Assembly (NCBI GenBank): GCA_050084515.1
Contig: CM114271.1
Coordinates: forward strand, 45,570,001 to 45,634,000
Source: Blasia pusilla
Lineage: Eukaryota
Length of the DNA stretch: 64,000 nucleotides
Reading direction: 5' to 3'
The notes below the pieces were generated by a model. The model had not been told where the DNA came from, ran no database searches, and worked only from the letters and a program-made list of their open reading frames with translations. The first letter of the stretch is position 1. Every line of letters starts with the position of its first letter. Shown one piece after another: positions 1-11,953 of the stretch. A program made the translations under genes and the position numbers.

Positions 1-343
1 GTATCGCGCTCCTTTATTTTTTGCTTCCGATGTTATGACGTTGGGGGGTACGCCCGCCGAGGCTTTTCGGCTGGCCTCCAGGCTATGTGAGCGTGGAGTT
101 GGAGTTCTTGCATCACGTTCAAAGATGATTGCAGAGGAGGTGATGGACCTGCCCTTGGAGCGGATGCTCGAGCCATCCACGTCAGATTCATGGCAGGCTG
201 CGGCTGCTAGGATGGCAGAGATGCCCGCTGAACCCGCGAAAGAGTGTGCCATGGCTTCTCCTGGTGTTGTGTTGCTAGATAACCAAGGAGAGGTCTTCCA
301 GTTGGTGAGTCCCGGAGGTAGAGCTTTTAGTCCGTAGCGCGTC

Positions 344-703
344 TTGTTGGATTCAGAAGCGCAACCCCTAATGTTGGGGAAAGCGTCATTCAGAGGATTG
401 GGCTTGACGAGAGCCGATATGGAGCGTTGTCCATTCCGGATACAAACATCCTTGGGTGGAGTAAGTACCACACAATATATCACCCGAAAGGAGGTCGTGA
501 TGAGGATTCGCTCGGGACATCCTACAGATGAGTCCGTGGTGCGAGCCAAGGCGATAGTGACTGATGAAGAGACTCACGACGTCTTGGTTGATGGAGCAGT
601 GTTATACTCGATGGGGTTTGCCCTGGATTACTGGGAGGAGTCAGCGTCCGACAGACCAGGATGGCACTCAGGTGATGGGCGTCTTAGCTCATTACCCGTT
701 TGA
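344..703 (+). pseudogene. Retrotransposon aspartic protease (degenerate)
   Basis: VLLDSEAQPLMLG resembles the D(S/T)G active site; downstream HDVLVDGAVL matches the usual D-hydrophobic-G segment; in-frame stops flank it. Confidence 0.7.
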
Positions 704-1062
704 TTCACAAGTGCAGTGATCGAGCAACGGCCAGGAGAGGTGGCGACCTTAGCAGCATTTAGCAGTGCCATCACTTGGCCTAGTGATTTGATTGAGGGAC
801 ATGTCCATGCAGAGGATACTCCCATTCCTGAGATTTCTATGGAGAGGAGTGTTATGGTAGCCGCATCATTCCGCGGAGGAGAGGTATAATTGTGGGGCTC
901 GACTAAGGAGCTTCGATGATTGGCAGATGAGCAGGTGCAGACCGCGTGGAGCAAGGCGTTTGCACCGAAGCGTGATGGGTCTAAGAAACCCGAGGTTGCA
1001 GGGAGTGCTACAATGACACCCTTAGATACCACACCCATTGTGTGGTGTATCCCGGAGGAGGG

Positions 1063-2010
1063 TATTCGAGTGTTAGATCTATTTGGAGGGATTAGCACCT
1101 GGTTAGCTGCTGTTTTGCAGGCAGGAGTGCGAGTGCAGCACTACCTGTATGTGGAGAGTGATGATGTTGCAAGGTGCGTCTCACTACGATATGTGGCGCA
1201 GTTACACGTACGTTTTCCCGACTTCTTGTCTGCGTCCGCGGTACAGGGGTACCAGAGTTCCCTATCGAGGGATATTTTGTTGCTGGGGCATAGGACTTAG
1301 AGCGGGTAGTGACCATTGATTTGGTCATTGTCGGTTGGCCATGTCAAGGCCAATCGAGTGTTGGACGAGGCAACGGGTTGGCTGACACTCGGTCCAGGTT
1401 GTTTTGGGAGATGTTGAGGGTCTTACGACACTTGCAGGAGCACCAAACTTGTTCTCCAGCCTACATTTTGGAGAACGTGCCGATCTTAGGAGACTCTAGG
1501 TCACGGGTGGTGACGACTACTCATCAAGTGCATGCCTGGATCGGCCCAACAATGTTCTTGGATGCGGCGAGTGTAGGGTCTAGAGCCCATCGCCCGCGTC
1601 TATGATGGACCAACTTGGTGCCCCATGCGGTGTTACCGAGGGCGTATGCAAGAGTGGAGCACCCCTTCCATTTGTTAGTGGATTCCATTCTGGATCCAAG
1701 TCGTCGATCACAGGCAGTGAGGCACGATGATCAACCACCATTGACTGTGGTCAACAGGGTAGGCAGGCCGCGGGCAACCTTGCCCACATTTGTGAGTTTT
1801 CCCGCTTCTTATGCATACAAGGAGGCCAGTCCTGGCTTGGTTTAGGATGACCAGGTTCAGCGGTTGGTGGAGCCCAACACCAACGAGAGAGAGCGAGCAA
1901 TGGGATTTCCCACAAGAGTGAGGGCAGTACCGTAAGTGTCAGAGGCATCACGACGCCATGTCTTGGATCAGGCGATGGACTTGAACTGCTTGACATGGAT
2001 CCTCATCTTG
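1063..2010 (+). pseudogene. C5 cytosine DNA methyltransferase domain within retrotransposon pol (non-permuted motif order)
   Basis: Motif I VLDLFGGIST, II YLYVESD, IV IVGWPCQG (Cys codon 1342), VI YILENVP, VIII RAHRPRL-WTN, IX ERERAMGFP, X VLDQAMD. Split by stops and a frameshift. Confidence 0.92.
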
Positions 2011-2342
2011 GGAGTGGCTGAGCAGCGCCATATGAGATCACAACGGTTGCATTGGTGAGCCCCATGCCTACCGAGACGGTGGAGGCAAAGGCTGGGGGCG
2101 AGACCCGAGGAGATCTACACACCAAGGGAGATTGGGAGAGACACCCTTGGACTTCTTGGGATGTTTTGCAAGTACGCCAGGAGATGATAGCCACAACATC
2201 GAGCGTAGTTCCGGGCACTACACATGGAGGAGATCAGACTTTGCAGTTGGCTGCAGGAGAGCGGCCGAGTGTTGTTGTTCGAGACGAGGTTGCACCATAG
2301 CAACCACCGATACCCGCGCCGGAGAGTCCCACCGTAGTCACG

Positions 2343-2619
2343 ATGGAGACTTGGGAGCCAGATATGGGCCCTAAGTTGACAAGAGGAGAGCGGCGCCAGA
2401 TACATCAGTTCCTGAGGAGTTATAGGAGCTGCTTTGCATTTAGCATGGAGGATTTGGGTACGCTAAAGGGACCGAGGATCCGCATTGAGTTTTCGAGTGA
2501 TACGTTGATCTTCCGACGATCCTACAGGTACACTGATATGGAGAGGGCTCTGATTTAGAGTAGGAGCCAGGCTGAGTTTCAGAGGGTCATGGATAGGATC
2601 TTGGCTGGTTTGGATTTTG
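2343..2619 (+). pseudogene. Reverse transcriptase N-terminal part (internally deleted), cut by the MULE insertion
   Basis: LTRGERRQIHQFLRSYRSCFAFS..IFRRSYRY then AEFQRVMDRILAGLDF; the frame resumes at 12366 as ARCYIDDIVVFS. Confidence 0.85.
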
Positions 2620-3317
2620 GGGGGCTGGTATTCTGGCAGGAGAGAGTAAGAGAGGAGAGGAAGAGAGGAAGAGAGGAGAGTCTCTCTTCAAAAAAAAGGG
2701 CCAAATCCGCCTCCTCTCTTCAAAACTTTTTGACAGATTTGAAATTTTTGTTTGCTTTCAAATTCAGGAAATCTTTAGAAGAGAATAGGTAGTGGTCCAT
2801 ATTTGGCCCTAAAAAAACCTCCTTTTTCCTGGGGGCGAAAAAAAGTAGACATCATAAGACCACTACAAACGTTTTTCCATCACTCTCCATGTGAGCCTAA
2901 GTTTCTTAACATTACCTGTCTTGGTCTACAAAAAGCAGTGCTCATGGGTATTTTTGTTAGAGGACCACCCGGATGCCAACCTCTCTTTTTGCAAGGATTG
3001 TTGCCTGCATCATGGCCTCCCTTGAATTGCCCCATAACCAACTTTCTGTTGGTTCTGAATGGTGTCTGCTCAAGACCAACTTTGTGAAATGTGAACACAT
3101 GAGAGGATAATTGAACCAAAAGATTGTTAGCTGTCTGGAGTAAAGAGGAACTAATGTCCCTTCATTCAGATCGTAAAGCTGAGAGACCGAGAAGCTGCAC
3201 CCCTCCCAACCCGTAAAAAAGCTCACCATAAGAAAGGAAAGATTTTTAGAAGTGATTTTCTTCCACCCTGCACCCACAAAAATCTAACAGGTTGGGAATC
3301 CGAAATGGCAATCTGAC

Positions 3318-4410
3318 AGGTAGTAGGAATCCTGCACATCTTAGACAAGAAAAGAAGCCTACAACTGGTTTGACGAATGTAGGGAACGAGCCAAAAGTTA
3401 AGAAGCCCGCCACAATGCGTCAGAAGTTGGTCATAGGGAAAGAGTCCGATCACTCAAGCAGCCAACCTGTCGGAATCCGACAACTTGCCTGGAAATGGTT
3501 AAAAAGTTGCAGTGGGCAAAAAGAAAAAAGTTGCAACCCATCGGAATCATACGGGTTGCAAAATTGTAATTCTGAGTAGCTAAAAGAACACAATCCACAA
3601 GTCCAAAAAAATATTCCAGCTAACTTTTACAAACACCATTATTGGTTGAAAAAATCTCGTCCTTTATTACCTCCGAAGGAACCTCGGAAATGTACATTTG
3701 ACCTAGTCTCCGATTTCTTCAGCCTCATCATCTACAAATTTACTCCTAACTCTCCTCGGTGACAGTACCAAAGGAATGTCCTGGGATACAAGTGGCTCCT
3801 CTAGCCGATTGTAGACAGGGATCGAAAATGTTGGCGAATTCGAGAGCCTTGGCCCCCCCTAGTTACGCCATAACGGTCCCATGTAACATGATTTGAGTCC
3901 CATCGCCTTCCTCGGCAGTATCCCTTGTACGCTCTGCAATATGACATCCATCCAGTATCAATATGTGCTCTGTCCTTGGTAATACTATTATGGAAATCGC
4001 CAGGTAGTAGGAATCCAACACGTCTGAGAGAAGAAAAGAAGCCTACGCCTGCCTTTACGAGTTGAGGGGAAGGTGCCAAGGGAAGAAGCCCGCCAGACTG
4101 CCTCTTAAGTTGGACCAATAGGGAAAGAGTCTGATCAGGCAACCTGTCGGAATCCGACAGGTTGCCTGGAAGTGGTAAAAAGCTGTTGTCGTCAAAAAGT
4201 GAAACTTGCAAGCAGGAGAAATCCAACGGTTTGCAAAATAGAAGTCCGCGGAGTTCATAGACGATCACATTCGAAAAGACAAAAAATGTTCAGCAAACTT
4301 TTGCAAGCACCACCATCGTTCGAAAAAATCATCTCCTTTATATCATCCGAAAAAAGCTCAGAACTGTACATTTGATCTATTCTATGAAATCTTTTGCCTC
4401 ATCATCAAAT
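3318..4410. repeat. Diverged tandem duplication (period ~680 bp) in the MULE left arm
   Basis: CAGGTAGTAGGAATCC..GAAAAGAAGCCTAC..GAAGCCCGCCA..GGGAAAGAGTC..palindrome..GCCTCATCATC occurs at ~3318-3735 and ~4001-4410; also present in copy 2 (~54630-55780). Confidence 0.75.
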
Positions 4411-4462
4411 AGCTCCCTACTCCAAACGCTGCAGTCAAGCTGGGTCCTTGAGTTCTTTGAAC

Positions 4463-7400
4463 TCACTCATCATCGTCCGAGAGCTCTTGCAAAATTACTT
4501 TCGCCCTTGCCCTCCCGATTTTCGGAATCGTTGGAAGTGACGATGGAGTCACTACCAATGGTGGGTCTGGAACCGGAGCTCTCGGCTTCGGTGGAGAGTT
4601 GTACGCCCCAACGAGCCTTTCATATTCTACCTTTGCCTCCTTGCAAAGGTCAAACAGTTCCTGCCTTCCCTCGAGGCAGAGAATGTTTCTGCCACTCTGC
4701 CAGGCGCCTTTGATACTTGCCCCTGAAAGTCCCACTAAGTCGAACACCAAGTCACCCGGCCTTGAGTAGAGCTCGATGAGCGTTTGCATCAGGGCTGGCG
4801 ACTTTTCCCTTCCTCCCAGAAGTGGGGTGCCGTCTTGCATGTAAATTCCCGGGGGGGAATTGTACAAACTATCTAAGCTGTACCCATCTGAGCATGGATC
4901 CACAGGATCTTGGATCTTGAACACCTGGAAATTGTGCTCAGGCCGAACGAAGCAGTAAACGTAGGTCCATCTGTAAAGAACCACGTTGGAAACAATGTCA
5001 GCAACTTGGCACAATGTGCAACACGTCACCAAAGAAGGCTTGACCCTAGAGAACTTTTTTCAATTACTAACTTTGGAGCAACCTGTCGGAGTCCGACGGG
5101 TTGGTCATGGATGGGTTGGCTGGCCTAGAGCAGCCCATGCTCGGCTGAGAGCAACCCGTCGCTTTCTGACGGGTTGCAGCTTTCCGAAAACACAAGGAAA
5201 AACCAAAAGCAACTGTAACCCGTCTGGTTCCGACGGGTTGCAGGTACACCACGGTTTTCCCTGTGTTTCTAGGAAAGATGCAACCCGTCGGGTTCCGACG
5301 GGTTGCAGGTACACCATGGTTTTCCCTGTGTTTCTGGGAAAGATTCAACCCGTCGGAAACCGACGGGTTGCTCTTAGCCGAGCATGGGCTGCTCTAAGCC
5401 AGCAACCCATCGCCTTCCAACGGGTTGCTCACGGACAAAAACATCGAAGATATACTATCTGAAATTCACACGCATTGAGATTATACTAAAGAATTGAGCC
5501 TTACCCGAATCTGACTCACCGCGGATCGGAGTGGGTACTAGTTTTTTATGATCCAAGATTGCGCCGTCCTCCTCTTTAGCGACCTCTTGACGCACAGGAG
5601 GTTGAAGAGCTCGTCCTCGCTCCCTCCAGTCAACACTAAGAAGCAGCCCCTGTCACTCAGATAGGCGTCTGCAAAGGAGAACAATAGCGCCATTTGGTCA
5701 TAAGAGAGCGGCACATTCCTCTCAGGTACCCCGTCCGACGGATTCTCGCCCCACAGTCGCAACCCCGAGGGCACATCAGCGATCAAGAGATCCACCGCAA
5801 CCTCTTTGATCACTCCATTCACCGTCCAGGAAGCATGCCCGTTTCGTTGGAGCTTCCGTCCCACCGTTGTCAATTTATCAATGGCTGGTGTCGACGCTTG
5901 AGAACTGAAGCTTTTCAGCTCATCCAGTAAAGGAGTGAACTGAAGGAGGACGCTTGTCCGGGTCGTTGTTTGTCTGTGTCTTCCCAAGGATGATGGACTG
6001 TATTCTCCTTGGGACAACCCTGGCACCCCTTGCTTCCGCTTCTCTCGAGTCTGTAGACGGCTTGTCGGGGTCTCTATGACCTCAGACTCTGGTGGGGTTT
6101 TTTCCGCCGAAGACCTAGTCCGACCCTCTCTCCCCGCTCACCCGGACGATTCTGCCTCTGGCCTTGAATCTTCAGCCTCTCTTTGGGAAGACTCGGCCTC
6201 GGAATTTTTCCCTCCCCCCGCCTTGCCTTTGAGACCCGCTGTGGATTTGTCTTTGGCTGTGCGGACCTTTGAAGCCAACTCAGTTGTCTCGTGGGCTTGC
6301 TCTTCCGCATCTCCTCCGAAGAAGTCTTCAAGCTGCACAAAATTGGGGATGTTGTCTTGTCCTGAGGCCACTGCATCATGAAGCACTCGTACATACTTAT
6401 TGGTGATGTCTTCAGAGTCGTTGAAGTCAATCCAAATGGGGCAATTCTCCACCTCCCAATCGGACATGTGCTGCCCCATCTCCATGTCGTACATGGAGAA
6501 TGTCTCTCCATCAGGCGGCGAAGCCCACAATTTCAAGGCTGCCGGTAATTTTCCCCAGGTACATGCATTCTTACAATGGACGAGGTACCTGAAGACCATC
6601 CGTTGGGCAGCTTTTACTCGAACTGAATCGGCCGTTTGCTCCTGTAGATCTCGCTTCTTCTTGCTTGATCCCGTTTGTTCCCCTCGATTTCTTCGTCAAG
6701 CTCTGTCTGAGGGAGGACGCAAACCTTGAACATTGTCTTGAATCCTGGGTTTTTGATTGGCTTGTCCCGGATGTCGTCGAGCCAAACCTCGAAATCTACA
6801 GAACTTTCCAGGTTTGCTTCATCCGGAATGGGCTCTAATCTTTTGAGCTCCGCTTGCAGACCGTCCAGCACGGACTTCCCCATAACCCGCAACGCGTCCC
6901 AGAACGACCATTCGCGTAGCCAGTGGGAGATCATTGGATCGGACACACCTAGAGGATGGTGTGCCACCCTCTTTTGGGCCTCTGTGCCCTCGAGACTGAT
7001 TTTCATCAGTTGGATCCTCCTAAACTCGCTTATGCCGGACAACGCAAACCGATGCACGCGATCCAGGGACACTTTCTCCCCAATCCGACCTTGCGGATCT
7101 TCATCCCTTTTCCGCTGGCGCTTGATAATCGCCTTCAACTCCTTGTAAAAATCCCGACCAAGTTCGGGGTTGAGAATGCTGATGTATCGCTACATCTTGC
7201 TCGCCGTGTATTTCGTTGATGCAAATATTGAAGCTTGGATGAATTTCTCACGCTTAGACCCAGATACTTTCTCCCTCCGCTCCAGCTCCAGTGCAGCGCT
7301 CTTCTTCGCGGCCTGTATCTTCGACCAGCAAAGGATGGTTACAGCTCCATCTTGGGAAATAAACTTATTTGCCCAAGTTTTCTTCTTTATCTGTGCACCC

Positions 7401-7549
7401 TTTGCAAGCATCTGATTTACTAGGGCGTCGCCCAAGAACCCCTTGTACTCTGCCGGTGCGTCGTAAGCACCTTCTTCACCCGATCGCAGTCCTCGATCCA
7501 CTGGTGGGTGACATTCCCCTCCGATACAATCTTGCACATCCAAACTCAA
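4463..7549 (-). pseudogene. MULE cargo gene, 3' part: helical region plus beta-class N4C/N6A DNA methyltransferase-like domain (intron 4971-5504)
   Basis: VDLLIADVPSG (5763-5795, like IDLIxxDPPYG) precedes FADAYLSDRGCFLV, then REKSPALMQTLIELYSRPGDLVFDLVGLSG..GAWQSGRNILCLE (like KP..L..LI..S.PGD.VLDPF.GSG...A...GR...G.E). GT-AG intron with CTGAC branch site. Confidence 0.8.
5077..5430. repeat. Array of GCAACCCGTCGG-n-CCGACGGGTTGC palindromes in the methyltransferase intron
   Basis: Several imperfect copies, e.g. 5280-5306 GCAACCCGTCGGGTTCCGACGGGTTGC. Confidence 0.9.
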
Positions 7550-7730
7550 CCCGTCAGAAAATTTGTAAGTTACATGGGTTCCTGCAACCCGTCGGACTCT
7601 GACGGGTCGTCACAGCTCAAGGTCGGATTCTAGCAACGAGCTAAATGATGCAACCCGTCAGAGTCCGACGGATTGCATTCACATTTGTGAATGCCTGATT
7701 TCAACCCGTCGGACTTCGACGGGTTCCAAC
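7545..7730. repeat. Palindrome cluster at the fused intron/promoter junction of copy 1
   Basis: CAACCCGTCGGACTCTGACGGG, CAACCCGTCAGAGTCCGACGGATTG, CAACCCGTCGGACTTCGACGGGTT. Confidence 0.85.
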
Positions 7731-7967
7731 AAAATGAAGTGTGCTTTGCAACCCACGTCTCTGCTTCCCAAATCCGGTAACACATTGCAATGTGAATGAA
7801 TTGCATGCAACAGTGATCCATTGTGTCAGACAATGTCACCTACCGAACTTCATCTTGTTAGTAAAAATCTGTCAGGAGTATCTGTTTTCCTATTCACTAT
7901 AAATTAAAAATTCTCATTCTGATTCTCTTTCTCATTCTCACCCTCCTCCCGTACGAAATTTTTGGGA

Positions 7968-10900
7968 ATGGATAATTATGTGAAGCTCACTGGTGGCAGT
8001 CATCTGGCGGCCCTTCCTCAATCAGAAATCATTTGACCGCAAGCTCGTGAGTCTTTCATAGCAGTGGATGAAAATTTTCTCTCTGTTCGATTTCTTCTCC
8101 AAATTGAAACCATCTTTGTATTCAAAGATGTTAGGATGGACGGTACGGAGGACATAATAGGTGAGAGAGTCCAGCCAATGACTGCAGACCATAAAGTATG
8201 GAATCTCCTATCTCTAGCAAATGGTCAATACAGAGTTTACGGCCTGCCCCTGAATTTGTCTGTTTCCAAAGTAGACGGTGGAGAATTTCCTAGTGCTCCG
8301 AGCTCTACGTTTGCAACTCCTAGCCCAGTACATCCGGCTTCAACTCCAACTTCACACGCTCGTATCAATGTTGTTCTTCCTGAAGAGATTCCGGATGTTA
8401 TCAACCTCAGTGGATCTGTCGGACACCAACCGGGCCCTCTGTCCGCCTACTCGTTCCTCTTGCGAGTATCAGGCAATAGTTTGCTTTCGTCTGGCCTTGA
8501 AAATGTTCAAGCACATTCTTGTCGATTTAGCCGCCGCCACGTATGATGGTAATTGCATTTTTGAGTTGCCTCCACTTGCTGCTCCTGCTCAAAAGAAAGA
8601 CGGAGGACGCCTGAAGGGTATGGACAGAAAGTCTGATTGTCATCGATGGTGCAGGCTTCAACGGACTAGTGCTTCAATTCCAGATGGTCCTTGGATTGTC
8701 TCCCGCCGCCAATGCGTGGGAGCCTTGGAGTGTAGAAGTCCAGCATGCCCGTATCTAGAGCGCAACGGGCGAGTCAATACGTCGCAGTTCCCCCCCAAGA
8801 ATGCAAAAACTCCATACGAGGTCGGTGCCACCATACTGCCGAGAGGCCATCAATGTCCTCATTGTCAGGCATCGCCCTTCTGCGTTGGAGCGTGACCTGC
8901 ATAGATATTTTTCATTGTCCACGACTTGGGCTCCACGTCAAAGTACACAAGGCTGGCAGTTCATGTTGGCTCCCACACTCATCCTGTGATCGATGCAATT
9001 CAAAGACACATCAAGGAGGATGTGGCGAAGAAAGTTGCCGAGGTCTACAGAAACTCTCCGGGTTCAAAGCCCGGAGTGATCAAGCTCACAACGGCATCAA
9101 AAATTTTTGAACAATTGCTTGGAATCCCTGGACAGGGCGAGAGCACGGCGGCTGAGGAGAAACAACTTTGGGAAAATCTCGCATTTCTTGCTGATCCTGA
9201 ATGCTTCCGGAATGAGCTGTGTCAAATATGAGTTTTGGATGGAAAGACGGCCGAAATGGATGCCATCGCCAGAATCAAGGCCAACTCCAGATTTCCATTC
9301 ATTCAGAGATGGCAGTTCATGGGCCAAGGAGGCGAGGGATCCATGGCCTATGTCTTCAAAATGTCAACCATAGGTCCCTCGAGTGGCCTCAATCTTATAG
9401 ATTGAATGAGGGAAGGGGAAGATCTTTACGGCAGCTGGGTAAGCTTTGATATTTGCTACAGAGTGCTGAACGGATGGTTGACGATGGGTGCTCATGTTTA
9501 TGACCATGTGGAGAAGGGACTCAAAACTATATTTGTCTATGAAGTAAAGGCAGAAGACGTTGGCAGTTTGAAGATGTGCTGGTTACTCTTATTGGAGGTG
9601 GTGAAGGAAAACAAAAGGCCACCTCCGGAAATTTATTGGTTCATGGGGGACATTGCACAACCTGGGTGGATTGCTATCTAGGAAGTGTTCTGGGGTGGAG
9701 AGGTTCAACCGGAGAGGGTAAGGTCGGATGCTTTCCATTGGCAACAGTCTGTGACCCAGTACACAAAATCTTGCATCAAGGAGAATAAGAGGACAGAACA
9801 TGTCACTCTACTCCAACGCTGCAAGGACAGCAAAACCTTGAAGCAGGCCATGGAATGCCAGGAAGAACTTCATGGGTGGTGGAGGAAGCATGCGATTGAG
9901 GGGAAGTACAAAGAGTTGTGCTCTTGGTTGAGTTGGTGGACTGTACTTATGAGAGAATGGGGAAACTTCATGCGGCAGGTGAGTTCACTATTTTGTCTTG
10001 TCAAGCTCACGCTGAGAATTTTTTGTAAAGTTGCAGCTCAAGTTGAGAAGCGTGGGAACTATAGGGATTTCAAATCGAAAAAACCAAACAAGCTCTCGGA
10101 TGCGACGGGTTGCCCGAGTGTGCAACCCGACGGAAACTGATGGGTTTCCCAAGTGTGCAACCCGACAGAAACCGAGGGGTTGCATCCAGAATTTGGTGCA
10201 ACCCGAGTGTGCAAGCCAATGGAAACCGATGGGTTGCAGAGTCATTCATGGGATGCCTCGGCCTTGCAACCTGTCTAAATCCGACGGGTTGTAGTAGGTG
10301 GGTTTAGGGTTGCAACACGTCGGGACCCGACGGGTCGCAGAGTCGTTCATGGGATTCCTTGGCCTTGCAACACGTCTGGTTCAGACAGGTAGCTTATGTC
10401 TTTGAATGCTGAGTTATTTTTGTTCCCTTCTAACATTGTCGTCGTTGCAGGGATTGAACGTTCATGAAAATGCCCTCTACCCCAACACAAGTGGAGCAGA
10501 AAGTGTTCATTCCTCCTGGAGGTCATCACAAGCATGCCAACGAATTTCACTTGTGGAGGCATGCCAACAAGTCCAGGCAAGAGCAATGCTACAGTCTGCA
10601 ACATCCCATATCTTCCTCACAAAAGGCATAACAAAAGGAAGGGGGCCGTCGATCTATGAGCTCTATGTCAGGGCGGTTGTGAGATCTGGTGATGAAAAAA
10701 ATGTATGTGGAAGCCTTCAACCGGTGCGTAGCTGGAACTCCCCTCGAGCAAGACGTACACATTGGTGGGGATATTCATGGGCGGGTTTCAAGATGTCCCA
10801 TACAGATGGTGGTAGAGCAGTCCGAGCGAGACTCGTAGAGACCAGATAAGTATCTTGACTTCAGGCAGGTGAAGAGGCAGCATTGAGGAACGAATCGGGT

Positions 10901-11953
10901 GATTGATTTGGATGAGGAAATTACGCCGCCCAGGTATTCGGGGATCCAGGACCCGTCCCAAATCCATGATGGAGTTACTTCTCCAAAATCAGTGAATGTT
11001 TATTTCAAAAGCCCTCCGTTGCTGGAAGTTCGCATCATCCTGTCACTGGGGTGGTTCAACAATATGGGATTCCGGTAATGGAGGTGGATTGCAACCTAAA
11101 ACGGTGGCATATATCTCGGAGCAACCTTGGACGTGGACCCACTTGCAGGGCAGGATCTGATGGCATTAGGAGAGCATGCGGCACTTTCCTAAATAAGAAC
11201 TGTACAAGGACTGGACGACCATTGCCTAGGTTTTGGGGACTCAAAACCTTTGATCGTTTCACGAGGACCGGGGATCAATTGAAGTACTTCTTCTGCCCAA
11301 ATGAATCTTGCGCTTTCCGGAAGTCTTATCCGGTTGCCATTGGAGCTGCGGGGAATACCCCCACGATTTGGCCCATCGCCGCAGATACGAACATCACTCA
11401 AGACGAAGTGGACAATCTTACAAGTCCCGGTTTCAGACTCGTAGACGGGGGAAGTTCGGAGCATGTTCGCATTACAGATACCTTCGAATTTTGTATTCAA
11501 CCCAAGATTGATGTCAACATGTACCTGGAGAAGGTGGATGATCTCAATCCACTATTTCTGTTTGAGTCTAGAAATGGGGTGAAGAGAAACAGAATGTGTA
11601 GGCCAACGGTGGAGAGAGCAAAGTGAATTGCATCAGCTCGGGAGGCAAAAATGGAGATCATCGCCATGAAAGATATCTTGAGTGGCAATGGAATAGGAAG
11701 GATGTATTGGATCAGGAACAACACTGTAAATTCAAGTGTCACAGGGGTGTATGTGGTGCACATCTGTTGCTTTCCCACATGTTCATATGATGACTTTGTC
11801 CAAAGAGAGACAAGTGGCAAAAGGTATTTCCCTTGTAAGCACATGTACTATGTGTTGCTGGTAGTTTTAAGAGAGTCGAAGGTGGGAGTAGGAATCCACC
11901 AACCAATTCTGTCCCTCAAAGAAGTGCGAAGTATTTTAAACAAACCACTTTGA
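7968..11953 (+). pseudogene. MULE transposase: GCM-like Cys/His region, DDE core, C-terminal SWIM finger; intron 9979-10450
   Basis: CVGALECRSPAC..CPHC..HVGSHTH; SFDICYRVLNGW..FMGDIAQPGWIAI..DAFHWQQ; NTSGAESVHS; SWIM CCFPTCSYDDF..PCKHMYYV. In-phase CAG|GTGAG..TTGCAG|GGA intron; several stops. Confidence 0.85.
10095..10390. repeat. Palindrome array in the transposase intron
   Basis: Repeated TGCAACCCG..CGACGGGTTG variants confined to intron 9979-10450. Confidence 0.85.

Noticed and set aside
1063-2010. Host DRM/CMT/MET1 gene or bacterial restriction-modification contamination
   Set aside because: Embedded collinearly between retroviral protease and RT, with no BAH, chromo or UBA domains and no restriction gene.
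4986-5462. Several overlapping ORFs on both strands
   Set aside because: Artefacts of the palindrome array within intron 4971-5504.
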